Source of the DNA: Salisapilia sapeloensis CBS 127946
Lineage: Eukaryota > Protista > Oomycota
NCBI GenBank assembly: GCA_023334545.1
Contig: JAADVB010000024.1
Location: 1-64,000 of the forward strand
Direction of reading: 5' to 3'
DNA length: 64,000 nt
The notes beneath the pieces are model-generated. The model had not been told where the DNA came from. It did no database searches and saw only the letters and a list, made by a program, of their open reading frames with translations. Both the position numbers and the translations under genes were made by a program. Every line of letters starts with the position of its first letter. Positions within the stretch are counted from its first letter, which is position 1. Shown here piece by piece: positions 56,201 through 64,000 of the stretch.

Positions 56201-59200
56201 GCTCTAGACTCGGATCAATTTCTTCCGGAACGTCTTGCATAAGGATTGGAGAGCCAAAGCGAATGCCATTCTCAAGCTTGCGCATCAAGTCTTTCATCAT
56301 CGGATCCACGACCTCTAGACGAGTACCTTCCATCGCTTTGATCCACTTGTTTGCTTGACCTTGTGGATCGATCATTAAAGGCCAACGCTTACCTCGCGTC
56401 GTGATCACACCATTCTCCGTCGAGAGTGAGTCTCGTGGAAGTCCATGTGCGTTCCAATTACGAACGTCCGTCGGATCAGCTAGAAAGTCTGTAAATGTAA
56501 ATTTAGGAGATATCGGCAAGTTCTGCTGCGTCACTCGATTCATCCACGTATCGACAAGTGAACCTCGATAGTATGTGTCGAAAGGACCAGCATATGAGAT
56601 AAAGGCTGCTGCCACGAGCGCATCACCAACGACATTCACTAGATTCTCATTCTTGTCTGCAATCGAGATTTCCCATCGACCTCGTTCACCAGCAAGACCT
56701 TTCACCAGTTGCTCTGCTCGTCCGAGTTTTAGCTCGAGCTGTTCTGCTTCTTCACGTAATGCATTCTTCTCCGAGACACTTCCGTCATATTGCGCTTTGA
56801 GGGCCTCTACTTTCTCCGTAACTTCTTGTAACTGAGCTTTGGCAGTTTGTAAATCTTTTTGTTTAATTGCAAGTGCTTGTTGTGATTTTTTCAATGCTTC
56901 TCGTTTCGGTGCAACAACTCGAAATACATTTGAGTACGTTTCCATAGCCAACACCCATGAACACAGCGCACCTGCAGCGGAAGACACTTTACGTACCAAG
57001 TCAGGGCTAAAGTTTGGCTTGGACGTATACTTTTTCAAAGCCGCCACTGTCTTATCACGAATGGAATCTTTGTCGTACGTCTTAATTTGGTGTAAAAAGT
57101 TCACGTCATTCATCTTGGTCTTGGCCTGTGCCCACGTTGGTTGCAATCCGAACAGAATCATGACGGCACACATGACCATTGAGACCATTTCGGGTGGCTG
57201 CGAGTACACTTTCACCTCTGCAATCGCCTTCTTATCGAGGTTCTCCACTTCCAGCATGGCTTTTTCAAGTGCTGGCAACGCTTCATCTAGATCCTTCTGA
57301 GCATCATCAGCAATGAGCTTCGTCTCCGCTTCCTCCTTTCCAATGCGTTCACTATCAGCCTCGACTTGTTTCCGTTGTTCATCGGCAACTCGACGTTCAG
57401 ATACAATGACAACAAGCAAGTCACTACAATCTTTATTCTTCTGTGCTACTACTTCCTTTCGCTCTTCCAATTGCTTGGACATCTCCTCGACTTGGAGTCG
57501 AGACTCTTCCAACTTAGCAAGACCGTTCTTAAGCTTATCTCTTGTATCTGTAATTGCAGCAGACTTTTCAAACAACAGATTCACATATCCAGTTACGAGT
57601 GCAAGGTAGTTTGTAGGAGTGACATAGTTGTGTCGCTTCATCGACGCCAGCATCTGTGCAGATGCCTGGAGCACACTACTATGTACCACAGCAAAGACGG
57701 AGGCAACTTTAGGCCGTTGCATGTCCGACGCAACGTTCTTTTCTTCTAGGAACTTCATACCTACTTCTTGAAGGGCATCCACTGGCCATTCGTCAAACCA
57801 GTCGATTGTCGTATTGTTCACGAGCGATGGGAACTGACGGCAGCGATCACGGAAAGCTTTTCCGATAGGACTAAATGCTAGCACGACGTGTAGCCTCCGA
57901 CGCACTTCACTAATGAAAAAGTCCCACAACGTCTCCTTTGTCTCTTTAATTCCTTGAGCTCTCGCACGTTGACGCACTCCGTCTTGGATGCTTGCGACTT
58001 CGTCCTTTTCAAAGAGTCCAGGGACTTCACCACTACTGAGGATGTTATTTAAGTCCTCGACGAACGATTCATCCTTTATCTGTGTATCACTAAAGAGGAA
58101 GACAGTCTCCTGCTCCTGCACACCAACTTGTTGGTAGAGACTCTTTAAATCTTCATGGAACTCGATGGACCGATAATTCTTGCCAACTTCAATCTGGAAG
58201 AGTTTGAAACCAGCCATGAAGGCTGCGAGACGTGTCAAGGATTGACGACCGCTTCCTCCCACACCGACAAGCAACAAATTACCTCGCATCGTGAGCAATT
58301 GCCGATGAATACGCAAGATATGAAGCAACGCATCTCCAAACATGACCAAGTTCATCGGGACATACCCAGGCTCGGCATTATGATTCTCCAGTTGCTCTTC
58401 CACAAAGCTCTTGAGGTTTTTCATATCCGTCGTCTCGGTGTATTGTACTGGTCCATCCGCCTCTACTCCACTTGAAAAGACGTACGTAAAGAGAGGTCCG
58501 TTCTCTTTCAGATAGTCCGACGTCGATGACATCAGTCGAGACCAATCGGTTTGGAAGTGAGTACCTAGTAATTCATCTACTTTCTTCTTAAACAATTGTC
58601 GATCTCCTTCGCCTGTTAAACGATCCGAGAAGACACGCATGCTTTCGTGAATCCAAAGACGCAATACAGCATCTTTTCCAGTCGCATTCTGCTTGTCAAC
58701 GCGCAAAAGACCTTGTATCACCTTGGCCATGTCACGAAGATTAAACAAGTAGTGGCAATTCGCTGGCGTCGGCAAGAACGACTCAACGATATTCTTATAG
58801 AGATGGATGGTACTACTCACTAATGCCGATCCCAATCCTTTAATCTCATCATCAAACTCGGACAGACGTGGTACAAGCATCGTCTCAAAGATCCGACGTA
58901 GCTGTGTTTCCTCCGGAATGGTCATGTTAATTAAATGGAATCGACTCTGGAAACGTGAGCTGATCACAGATCGACCACCTCCAGGTGGTCCCATCGCTGC
59001 AACGATCTGAATGTCGACAAAGTACTTTAAATTCTGCTTTCGACGGTCATACCAACATCCATAGTCAATCCATTGTCTCAATAGCTCTAAAGGAGGCTGG
59101 GAACCGAACGTATCTTTTGCAGGCATGTTCATGTCATCAATAAAGACAACGAGGTTTTTACCTCCGATCGGACCAAATCGATTCATCGATCTCTTTTCCA

Positions 59201-62200
59201 TCACATTTTCAAGTATCTCTTGCGTCGTCGCAGAGGACGTGGCAGATGAAAAGTTCATGACTAAACGCTGATACGCATCACTTAGGACATCCAGCTCCTT
59301 TTGCACAACAATGGTTTTACCCACACCAGTTTCACCTGTAATTAACGTATGAATACCAGCCCCTAACACAGCTTGTAGCAAGAATCCATATCGTAACGAG
59401 TCAATCGTCGGTACCATGATCTCATGGAATGGCGTATGTGGTACAATGCGAAAGTTCTGTGGTAATTTTTCATCCCACAGCTTAAACTCCTTACTCGATG
59501 GTTCGACATAAAAGTCATACGCGGTCTTGAGCGGAGGATAGACTGAGTCAATGTCACGAAGACACAAGTCAAACTTTTTCCGTCCGTCTTCATTCGCAGC
59601 ACCCATGACACTCCATGTGAGGCAGAATAAGAACCACTTTTCAACTGTCGAAGCAAATTTCTCACCACATTCAGCCTTATCGACACCATTTTCAGACGTA
59701 GCCAACGCATTATACAAGTTACACAGCGATCGCACGCTATTAAAGACTGTGACTGGCACAAGTTCCGTCGCTTCCATCAATTTACACTTGACGATGCGTT
59801 CCATGTACTTTTCAAACAACGTCTGAAGGATCTCACGCTCCTCTGCGTCTGTAATTTTAGTCGTTAACCAGGTTTTAACGAATGGATTCCAGCCTAGATC
59901 ATCCACATCCATGTACACCATACCAGCACGACTGACTGTCGCAGGAGACGCAACAGCCAAGTCCTGTACTTCAAATAATAGTGCCATCGAGTTACTCATA
60001 CTAATACGATCGCCGTTGATAAGCGTCAAGACTTTATTGTCATCCATGACACTATTCATGCTTTCGATCCAAAGCGTATCGACCGGTCCATCAAGCATAA
60101 TCCATTTTTCATCCGGCTTTTCATCTGCTGCTAGAGATCGAAAGATAGACGATAGAATACCGTCAATCCATTCAAACGTCGAGAGGTCGTAGACACCGTA
60201 GATTTCGTTTAGTGAAATGGACTTTGGATTCAGCACTTGGACTCTCACTGGGTTATACCCTTGCTCTCCTTCCTTTGCCAACGTCGTCTTAGCATTCTGC
60301 AACGTTCTCCAGACGGTCGATTTACCAGCTAATGTTTGACCTACAAGCATATTGCAATGCCTCGTCACGAGCGACTCGTATAACTGAATCGTCTTGAAGA
60401 CAATGACAGGATGTACTTGGAGTTCTTGTACTTGCAATTCCTTTTCAATTGTGCCTTGGAGGTTACCATAGTCTGTCACTGGTAACTCAACCGACGGGAA
60501 CAAGTCACCTAGTAGCAGTCGGAATAACGCTGCGTCTTCACGTATAAACTTTGGCATGTTCATGTCACGAAGAGCTCGGAGGAGGATAAACTCTTCCTGT
60601 AGATTAGGATCTTCACGTTTTAAAGATCCAGCCATATTCAGTACTGCCTTGAGACTACGTAGACCGAAATCATAGTGATCTTGCTTGCTTAGTTGTTGGA
60701 TCATCAGACCATACAACGTCGTCGTTTTCTTGGCCAAGATCTTGGCTTCTCGGAAACCTTCTGCTTGCAGCATGACTTCGGCAATGAGCGCGAGGTCTGG
60801 TACCATCATAGCGCATGGACGCATCAACGCCTTGAGATTATCAGGAAGCTCCGTACGACCAGCGTATCCTGGATTCATGGTAATGAAGATACCCATGTTA
60901 TGATTACACTTGATCATTGAACCGAGGAACATGAGTTCCGACTGCTTTGTTGTGAGTGCCTGCATGATCGTCAACACTTGTTGCGCTACGACTGAAAGAA
61001 CTTCAATTTCAATTCGATTGAACTCATCGAAGCAACCCCAGCCACCAGACTGGACGAGTCCGGAGAACATTCGACCGACAGATTTGTAATCTAGACCGTC
61101 ACTACAGTTGAATACGATGACGTACTTGGCTAAGTTCTTCCCTAGATCTTTCACAGTCTCCGTCTTACCTGTACCTGCTGGACCGAGAGGATTGCCACCT
61201 CTATTCAGATGCAGAGCTGTCGTCATGGTCAGGACACAACGATCTGTCAAGGGTGTAATGACAAGTCTCCCGTTATTCCCTTGGTACTCGTAAGAGTACT
61301 GGAGAGACGTGACGGTCTGTTTGACTTCACAAATACCAACGTCTCCAATATCCTTGTTAAAGTAGAATCGAAGCTGCATGAGCCAGTCAAAGTCATTTAT
61401 GCTCTTACAGTTCTGCTTCACCAAACGGTCAATAACGTCTCGAGAATGGATCTCGATCGTAATGAGAGCAACCACTTTCTTACGTTCAATCGGTGTCAAC
61501 TGTCCACGTACCATGTCTGCCAATTTGTTCAAGTAAGACACCCACTTTTTCTTTAGTTGACGAAGAGCTTTTTTTTCGCCTTTACTAACTTCATTTAGAC
61601 TCTTGATACATTCATTCGTCCAAGCCGTTTGACCACAACTGATCAATAATTGCCCTGGGAAATCTTTTATCCATTTCTCCTTCTTACCCTTATACCCAGC
61701 GAGACATTGAACGTAGATTTTCTCCAATGTTGCGACCATTGCAGACTCAATCTTTAGCAGCCATCCTTCGACTGCACCTGACACGATGACGTTTGAAGCA
61801 AAAGGAACTTGCTCTCCACATGGTGAATGCATACCAAGTGCTTCGAACGTCGCATTGCCTTTAGTGTTAGGTGGAAGCAACTGAAGTGATTTAATCGCTT
61901 CAAAACATTTTTTAATATGTTTCTGCACTTGGTCTGGATCCTTTTGATGTCCGAGGATCTCAAGCAAGTCATCATTTGATAGGAAATAGAAACGTGGGAA
62001 GAGCATACGCTTCGTTTCTAAATACTGATCCAAACACTTTTGGATTTCATCCAACTTCTCCTGCATCTCGTACAACGTTTCAAGCGTACCTTCCGCTTGT
62101 GTCGCACTCAGTGCATTCTTTGTTTTCGCCATTTGCTCCGTTACTCGACAGTATGAGCTATTAACTTCATCAAAGAGCTGACTTTCTCGTGGAAGTTGCT

Positions 62201-64000
62201 TTCGAATATCTTCTGACGCCATGAATATACTTTCTAGATAAATCCAACAACGCTGGACACTTAGTAACGTTTCAATCACTTCTGACATGTGTGCCAACGT
62301 CTTCTCCCAATACAAAATCCGAGTATCGAAGGAAGCAAAGAACGGAGATGCTTTCATCGTCGAAAGCTGCACTTGATCATCTTCCAACGCCGTGAAAAGG
62401 TCATCGACGGATCGAATCTTGTAGTACACACCTTTGTACTCGCCAATATCAATATCCACGATAGCCCATCGCTTGTCAATCCCATCTAACGTATGCTCAA
62501 TCGAAAGCTCTTTACCAGCGTTACCGGATAAGGCACTAATAAAGTCTGCATGCTGGTGGAAACCAAGCAAGAAGACACGTTCCAAGGTAAAGTCCGCTGC
62601 CTCTGGATCAAACTCCTTTTCCATTTCTGTCTGTAGTTGCATCCAGTGTCGAGCCCTCAACGCTGGACTTTTCAAATCCTGAATCAAGGGCAATGTCTGT
62701 CGAAACTGTTCGATCTTCGTCTTCATGTTTCCCCACACAGCCCATTCTTTCATATCCTTTCCGAACTTGACCACTTTCTTGAAGAATTGAGCAGCAGTCG
62801 TCTCCATGGCATCTACCTCCAGTTCATGGAAAACTTTGAACTTCCATCCTTGCCACACAACGTCCCATTCGTCCTGTAACGTCCATATCTGCCGAAGTTG
62901 CTCCACCTCTCGTTCCGTCTGGACAAAGCCTTCATTCTCCGTCTCTTCGATGCTAAAGATTTCCAATCCCTTTCGCAACTGAGCCTGATGTTCACGAGTA
63001 ACCTCCATCTTCTTCTCAAAGTCAGACAGGATGGTATGAGCTGTGCTAGACGATTGCTCGCCAGAGTACGGCAACGTCGCCTGTGCCTCTAAGCGAAGCT
63101 CGGACATCTTCTTACTAAGCTCAGCTACGGACTCCTGCAGGCTTTGCTTCATACTGAGCTTACACTTTTGCAACATCGTGTTCGCTTCTGTTAGCACACC
63201 TTCAAAGACTTCCCAATTCGGTCGTAAAGCTGCCAAATCATTCTGTTCTTCTTCTGTGATCGGAACATCAAACTCTGCTAGTAGATCATACTTTTGCTGC
63301 AAAGGTTCAAAGCGAGCAAGGATGGTAGGTGTGCTGTCTCTAATATCTTGCAATAGACGTATGCTATCGCCTAAGTGATCCAAGTTGAGTGGTCGAACTT
63401 GCAGCTTCTCCGCGTTCATAGTCATCATCGATGTGAGCTCATGCAGTTCATCGTGTGCTGTTTGATTCAGTAGACCTGTAAGCTTACCAATCCACTGGAC
63501 TGTATGTTCTACGAGACTCGATTTGAGGAAATTGGTGTCGATCTGGATGAAGTTGATCGTATTCGTCGAGTCTTCGTTCTGGATATTCGTCTGCTGCTCT
63601 CGATAGCGTTCAATATCTCCTCTAAACTGCTGTAAAGGTCGATTCGCCTTGGCATATCGACGAATGAACGCTTGTTTATCTTGATTCCATAATAGCTTGT
63701 ACTTGTCCCAGTACCCAAGGTACTTCTGTAGCTCTGTCGCACTGGACGACATGCCATTCATAATGTGCACAAGCACCTTGAGGATCTCTTCGTCATTAAA
63801 AATGGAATTATAAAAGCTATTCTGATTCGCTTGCTGGTTGTCCGACGGTTTACTCTCCATTTTCTCACTTTTACTTTCAGCTTCTACCATCTTTTCTTCA
63901 GTTTTAGCTTCAGGCACCCCGTCGTCACGCTCTCCCTTCTCACCTTCCTCTAGATTGTCAGCTTTCTCCTGATTCGACGTAGTAGCTGCATCCATTGGAT
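53247..64000 (-). CDS. DNAH2: Axonemal dynein heavy chain, DNAH2 / inner-arm I1(f) beta type; 5'-truncated
   Basis: More than 3580 aa, frame open at the window end. RFYFLSNDDLLEIL; P-loops GPAGTGKT, GQTLAGKS, GETGVGKT, GVGGSGRQ; stalk coiled coils. C-terminus SFVLAVDLKSG..PEVWTKRGTALLLSL and the AAA4 GR variant match DNAH2. Confidence 0.9.
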   Translation of the reverse strand, partial: PMDAATTSNQEKADNLEEGEKGERDDGVPEAKTEEKMVEAESKSEKMESKPSDNQQANQNSFYNSIFNDEEILKVLVHIMNGMSSSATELQKYLGYWDKYKLLWNQDKQAFIRRYAKANRPLQQFRGDIERYREQQTNIQNEDSTNTINFIQIDTNFLKSSLVEHTVQWIGKLTGLLNQTAHDELHELTSMMTMNAEKLQVRPLNLDHLGDSIRLLQDIRDSTPTILARFEPLQQKYDLLAEFDVPITEEEQNDLAALRPNWEVFEGVLTEANTMLQKCKLSMKQSLQESVAELSKKMSELRLEAQATLPYSGEQSSSTAHTILSDFEKKMEVTREHQAQLRKGLEIFSIEETENEGFVQTEREVEQLRQIWTLQDEWDVVWQGWKFKVFHELEVDAMETTAAQFFKKVVKFGKDMKEWAVWGNMKTKIEQFRQTLPLIQDLKSPALRARHWMQLQTEMEKEFDPEAADFTLERVFLLGFHQHADFISALSGNAGKELSIEHTLDGIDKRWAIVDIDIGEYKGVYYKIRSVDDLFTALEDDQVQLSTMKASPFFASFDTRILYWEKTLAHMSEVIETLLSVQRCWIYLESIFMASEDIRKQLPRESQLFDEVNSSYCRVTEQMAKTKNALSATQAEGTLETLYEMQEKLDEIQKCLDQYLETKRMLFPRFYFLSNDDLLEILGHQKDPDQVQKHIKKCFEAIKSLQLLPPNTKGNATFEALGMHSPCGEQVPFASNVIVSGAVEGWLLKIESAMVATLEKIYVQCLAGYKGKKEKWIKDFPGQLLISCGQTAWTNECIKSLNEVSKGEKKALRQLKKKWVSYLNKLADMVRGQLTPIERKKVVALITIEIHSRDVIDRLVKQNCKSINDFDWLMQLRFYFNKDIGDVGICEVKQTVTSLQYSYEYQGNNGRLVITPLTDRCVLTMTTALHLNRGGNPLGPAGTGKTETVKDLGKNLAKYVIVFNCSDGLDYKSVGRMFSGLVQSGGWGCFDEFNRIEIEVLSVVAQQVLTIMQALTTKQSELMFLGSMIKCNHNMGIFITMNPGYAGRTELPDNLKALMRPCAMMVPDLALIAEVMLQAEGFREAKILAKKTTTLYGLMIQQLSKQDHYDFGLRSLKAVLNMAGSLKREDPNLQEEFILLRALRDMNMPKFIREDAALFRLLLGDLFPSVELPVTDYGNLQGTIEKELQVQELQVHPVIVFKTIQLYESLVTRHCNMLVGQTLAGKSTVWRTLQNAKTTLAKEGEQGYNPVRVQVLNPKSISLNEIYGVYDLSTFEWIDGILSSIFRSLAADEKPDEKWIMLDGPVDTLWIESMNSVMDDNKVLTLINGDRISMSNSMALLFEVQDLAVASPATVSRAGMVYMDVDDLGWNPFVKTWLTTKITDAEEREILQTLFEKYMERIVKCKLMEATELVPVTVFNSVRSLCNLYNALATSENGVDKAECGEKFASTVEKWFLFCLTWSVMGAANEDGRKKFDLCLRDIDSVYPPLKTAYDFYVEPSSKEFKLWDEKLPQNFRIVPHTPFHEIMVPTIDSLRYGFLLQAVLGAGIHTLITGETGVGKTIVVQKELDVLSDAYQRLVMNFSSATSSATTQEILENVMEKRSMNRFGPIGGKNLVVFIDDMNMPAKDTFGSQPPLELLRQWIDYGCWYDRRKQNLKYFVDIQIVAAMGPPGGGRSVISSRFQSRFHLINMTIPEETQLRRIFETMLVPRLSEFDDEIKGLGSALVSSTIHLYKNIVESFLPTPANCHYLFNLRDMAKVIQGLLRVDKQNATGKDAVLRLWIHESMRVFSDRLTGEGDRQLFKKKVDELLGTHFQTDWSRLMSSTSDYLKENGPLFTYVFSSGVEADGPVQYTETTDMKNLKSFVEEQLENHNAEPGYVPMNLVMFGDALLHILRIHRQLLTMRGNLLLVGVGGSGRQSLTRLAAFMAGFKLFQIEVGKNYRSIEFHEDLKSLYQQVGVQEQETVFLFSDTQIKDESFVEDLNNILSSGEVPGLFEKDEVASIQDGVRQRARAQGIKETKETLWDFFISEVRRRLHVVLAFSPIGKAFRDRCRQFPSLVNNTTIDWFDEWPVDALQEVGMKFLEEKNVASDMQRPKVASVFAVVHSSVLQASAQMLASMKRHNYVTPTNYLALVTGYVNLLFEKSAAITDTRDKLKNGLAKLEESRLQVEEMSKQLEERKEVVAQKNKDCSDLLVVIVSERRVADEQRKQVEADSERIGKEEAETKLIADDAQKDLDEALPALEKAMLEVENLDKKAIAEVKVYSQPPEMVSMVMCAVMILFGLQPTWAQAKTKMNDVNFLHQIKTYDKDSIRDKTVAALKKYTSKPNFSPDLVRKVSSAAGALCSWVLAMETYSNVFRVVAPKREALKKSQQALAIKQKDLQTAKAQLQEVTEKVEALKAQYDGSVSEKNALREEAEQLELKLGRAEQLVKGLAGERGRWEISIADKNENLVNVVGDALVAAAFISYAGPFDTYYRGSLVDTWMNRVTQQNLPISPKFTFTDFLADPTDVRNWNAHGLPRDSLSTENGVITTRGKRWPLMIDPQGQANKWIKAMEGTRLEVVDPMMKDLMRKLENGIRFGSPILMQDVPEEIDPSLEPVLNKSIIKIGNREILRLGDKELDYNRDFRFYMTTKMQNPHYTPEVSTKTTIINFVVKEQGLEAQLLGITVQLEEPALEEQKSDLVIRVAAAKKKLIDLENEILRLLSAAKGSLLDDEQLVNTLNASKATSEEVTSQLVISEETEKKIDAARMGYTGVALRSSTLYFVLNDMTKVDPMYQFSLDSYVGLFKTSITKSRSIRNQGALNEDSLNDRIDAINDYHTYAVYAYACRGLFERHKLLFSLLMCIRVMQSVRKLPQDEFEFLLKGGSAISQEGERLNNVANEFMSDQAWMSIVELSKLPKFQGLVGAFEQQLKAWKTWYLSSTPEVDALPGDWEGKCDELQRLLLLRCVRPDRLSIQAVRFTAANLGPRFVDPPPFNLKAIYETSDYKTPLIFVLSPGVDPTSSLISLANLLNRKVENCALGQGQASVAEAMLQRGLTEGNWVFLANCHLMLSWAPTLEKLIDNFCSDTVTVHPQFRLWLSSDPNPKFPIAVLQRSIKMTTEPPRGLKSNLLRLYNTIAPEKFPRCREAKKYQRLLFCLCWFHSVLLERRKFNNLGWNIPYDFNESDFAISEDVLAIYLDEYEDTPWDALKYLIAQANYGGRVTDDWDRRLMLVYISQFFCEEVLQTDNYPLSDASFYYVPDDGDLSTYIEYIKQLPLEDPPAAFGQHPNAQIASQIDDGRELVANILSLQAMGVSEGGKDSDEKVMTILQALQESVPDVFDLLTIKMSLTSRSDPDPLKTVLIQELERYNKLLACIRESIVALEKGIQGFVVITPELEDVYNSLLTGSVPNAWSFCYPSLKPLGPWSLDLKQRCDQMDRWAMNGLPAVFWLSGFTYPTGFLTALLQTSARKNGIPIDSLIWDFAVVNQSEAALTTGPKEGAYIKGLILEGARWDFDHDCLAEPNPMELHSSMPIIHFKPVESKKKSSKGLYSCPLYMYPLRTGTRERPSFVLAVDLKSGPGKSPEVWTKRGTALLLSLST

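Noticed and set aside
1-64000. Prokaryotic origin or contamination suggested by bacterial-type genes (trhO, psuG, phoA-like, GH3); CRISPR arrays; rRNA
   Set aside because: Spliceosomal introns, TAF11, RAD51, Rab, nucleoporins and axonemal dynein show a eukaryotic nucleus. No direct-repeat/spacer array or rRNA-like sequence was seen.

Overview
Eukaryotic, gene-dense genomic DNA with short GT-AG introns (about 45-70 nt, CTAAC/CTGAC-type branch points). Gene content and INR/FPR-like promoters point to a flagellated stramenopile, probably an oomycete (inference). About 22 protein genes and one tRNA-Thr(CGU). In order: 5'-truncated TrhO-type rhodanese fused to a cation-dependent O-methyltransferase; secreted tyrosinase; secreted alkaline phosphatase; CCT-domain protein; divergent PP2A B56-like protein; candidate unannotated multi-exon gene; laminin-EGF receptor TKL kinase; TAF11; 1284-aa secreted protein with possible TcA-like toxin architecture; GH3 beta-glucosidase; atypical Rab7-like GTPase; RAD51; helical/EF-hand/DENN protein; TMEM41-like; MFS transporter; tRNA-Thr; ALADIN; double AAA+ ATPase; NDC1; PsuG-PsuK fusion; MYND-Aha1_N co-chaperone; TTC23-like TPR protein; 5'-truncated DNAH2-type dynein heavy chain. 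The best lead is the TrhO-OMT fusion, which could put a whole 5-methoxyuridine (mo5U34) tRNA wobble pathway in one eukaryotic polypeptide. All family assignments come from motif recognition by eye, not database searches. Spliced gene boundaries were reconstructed manually.
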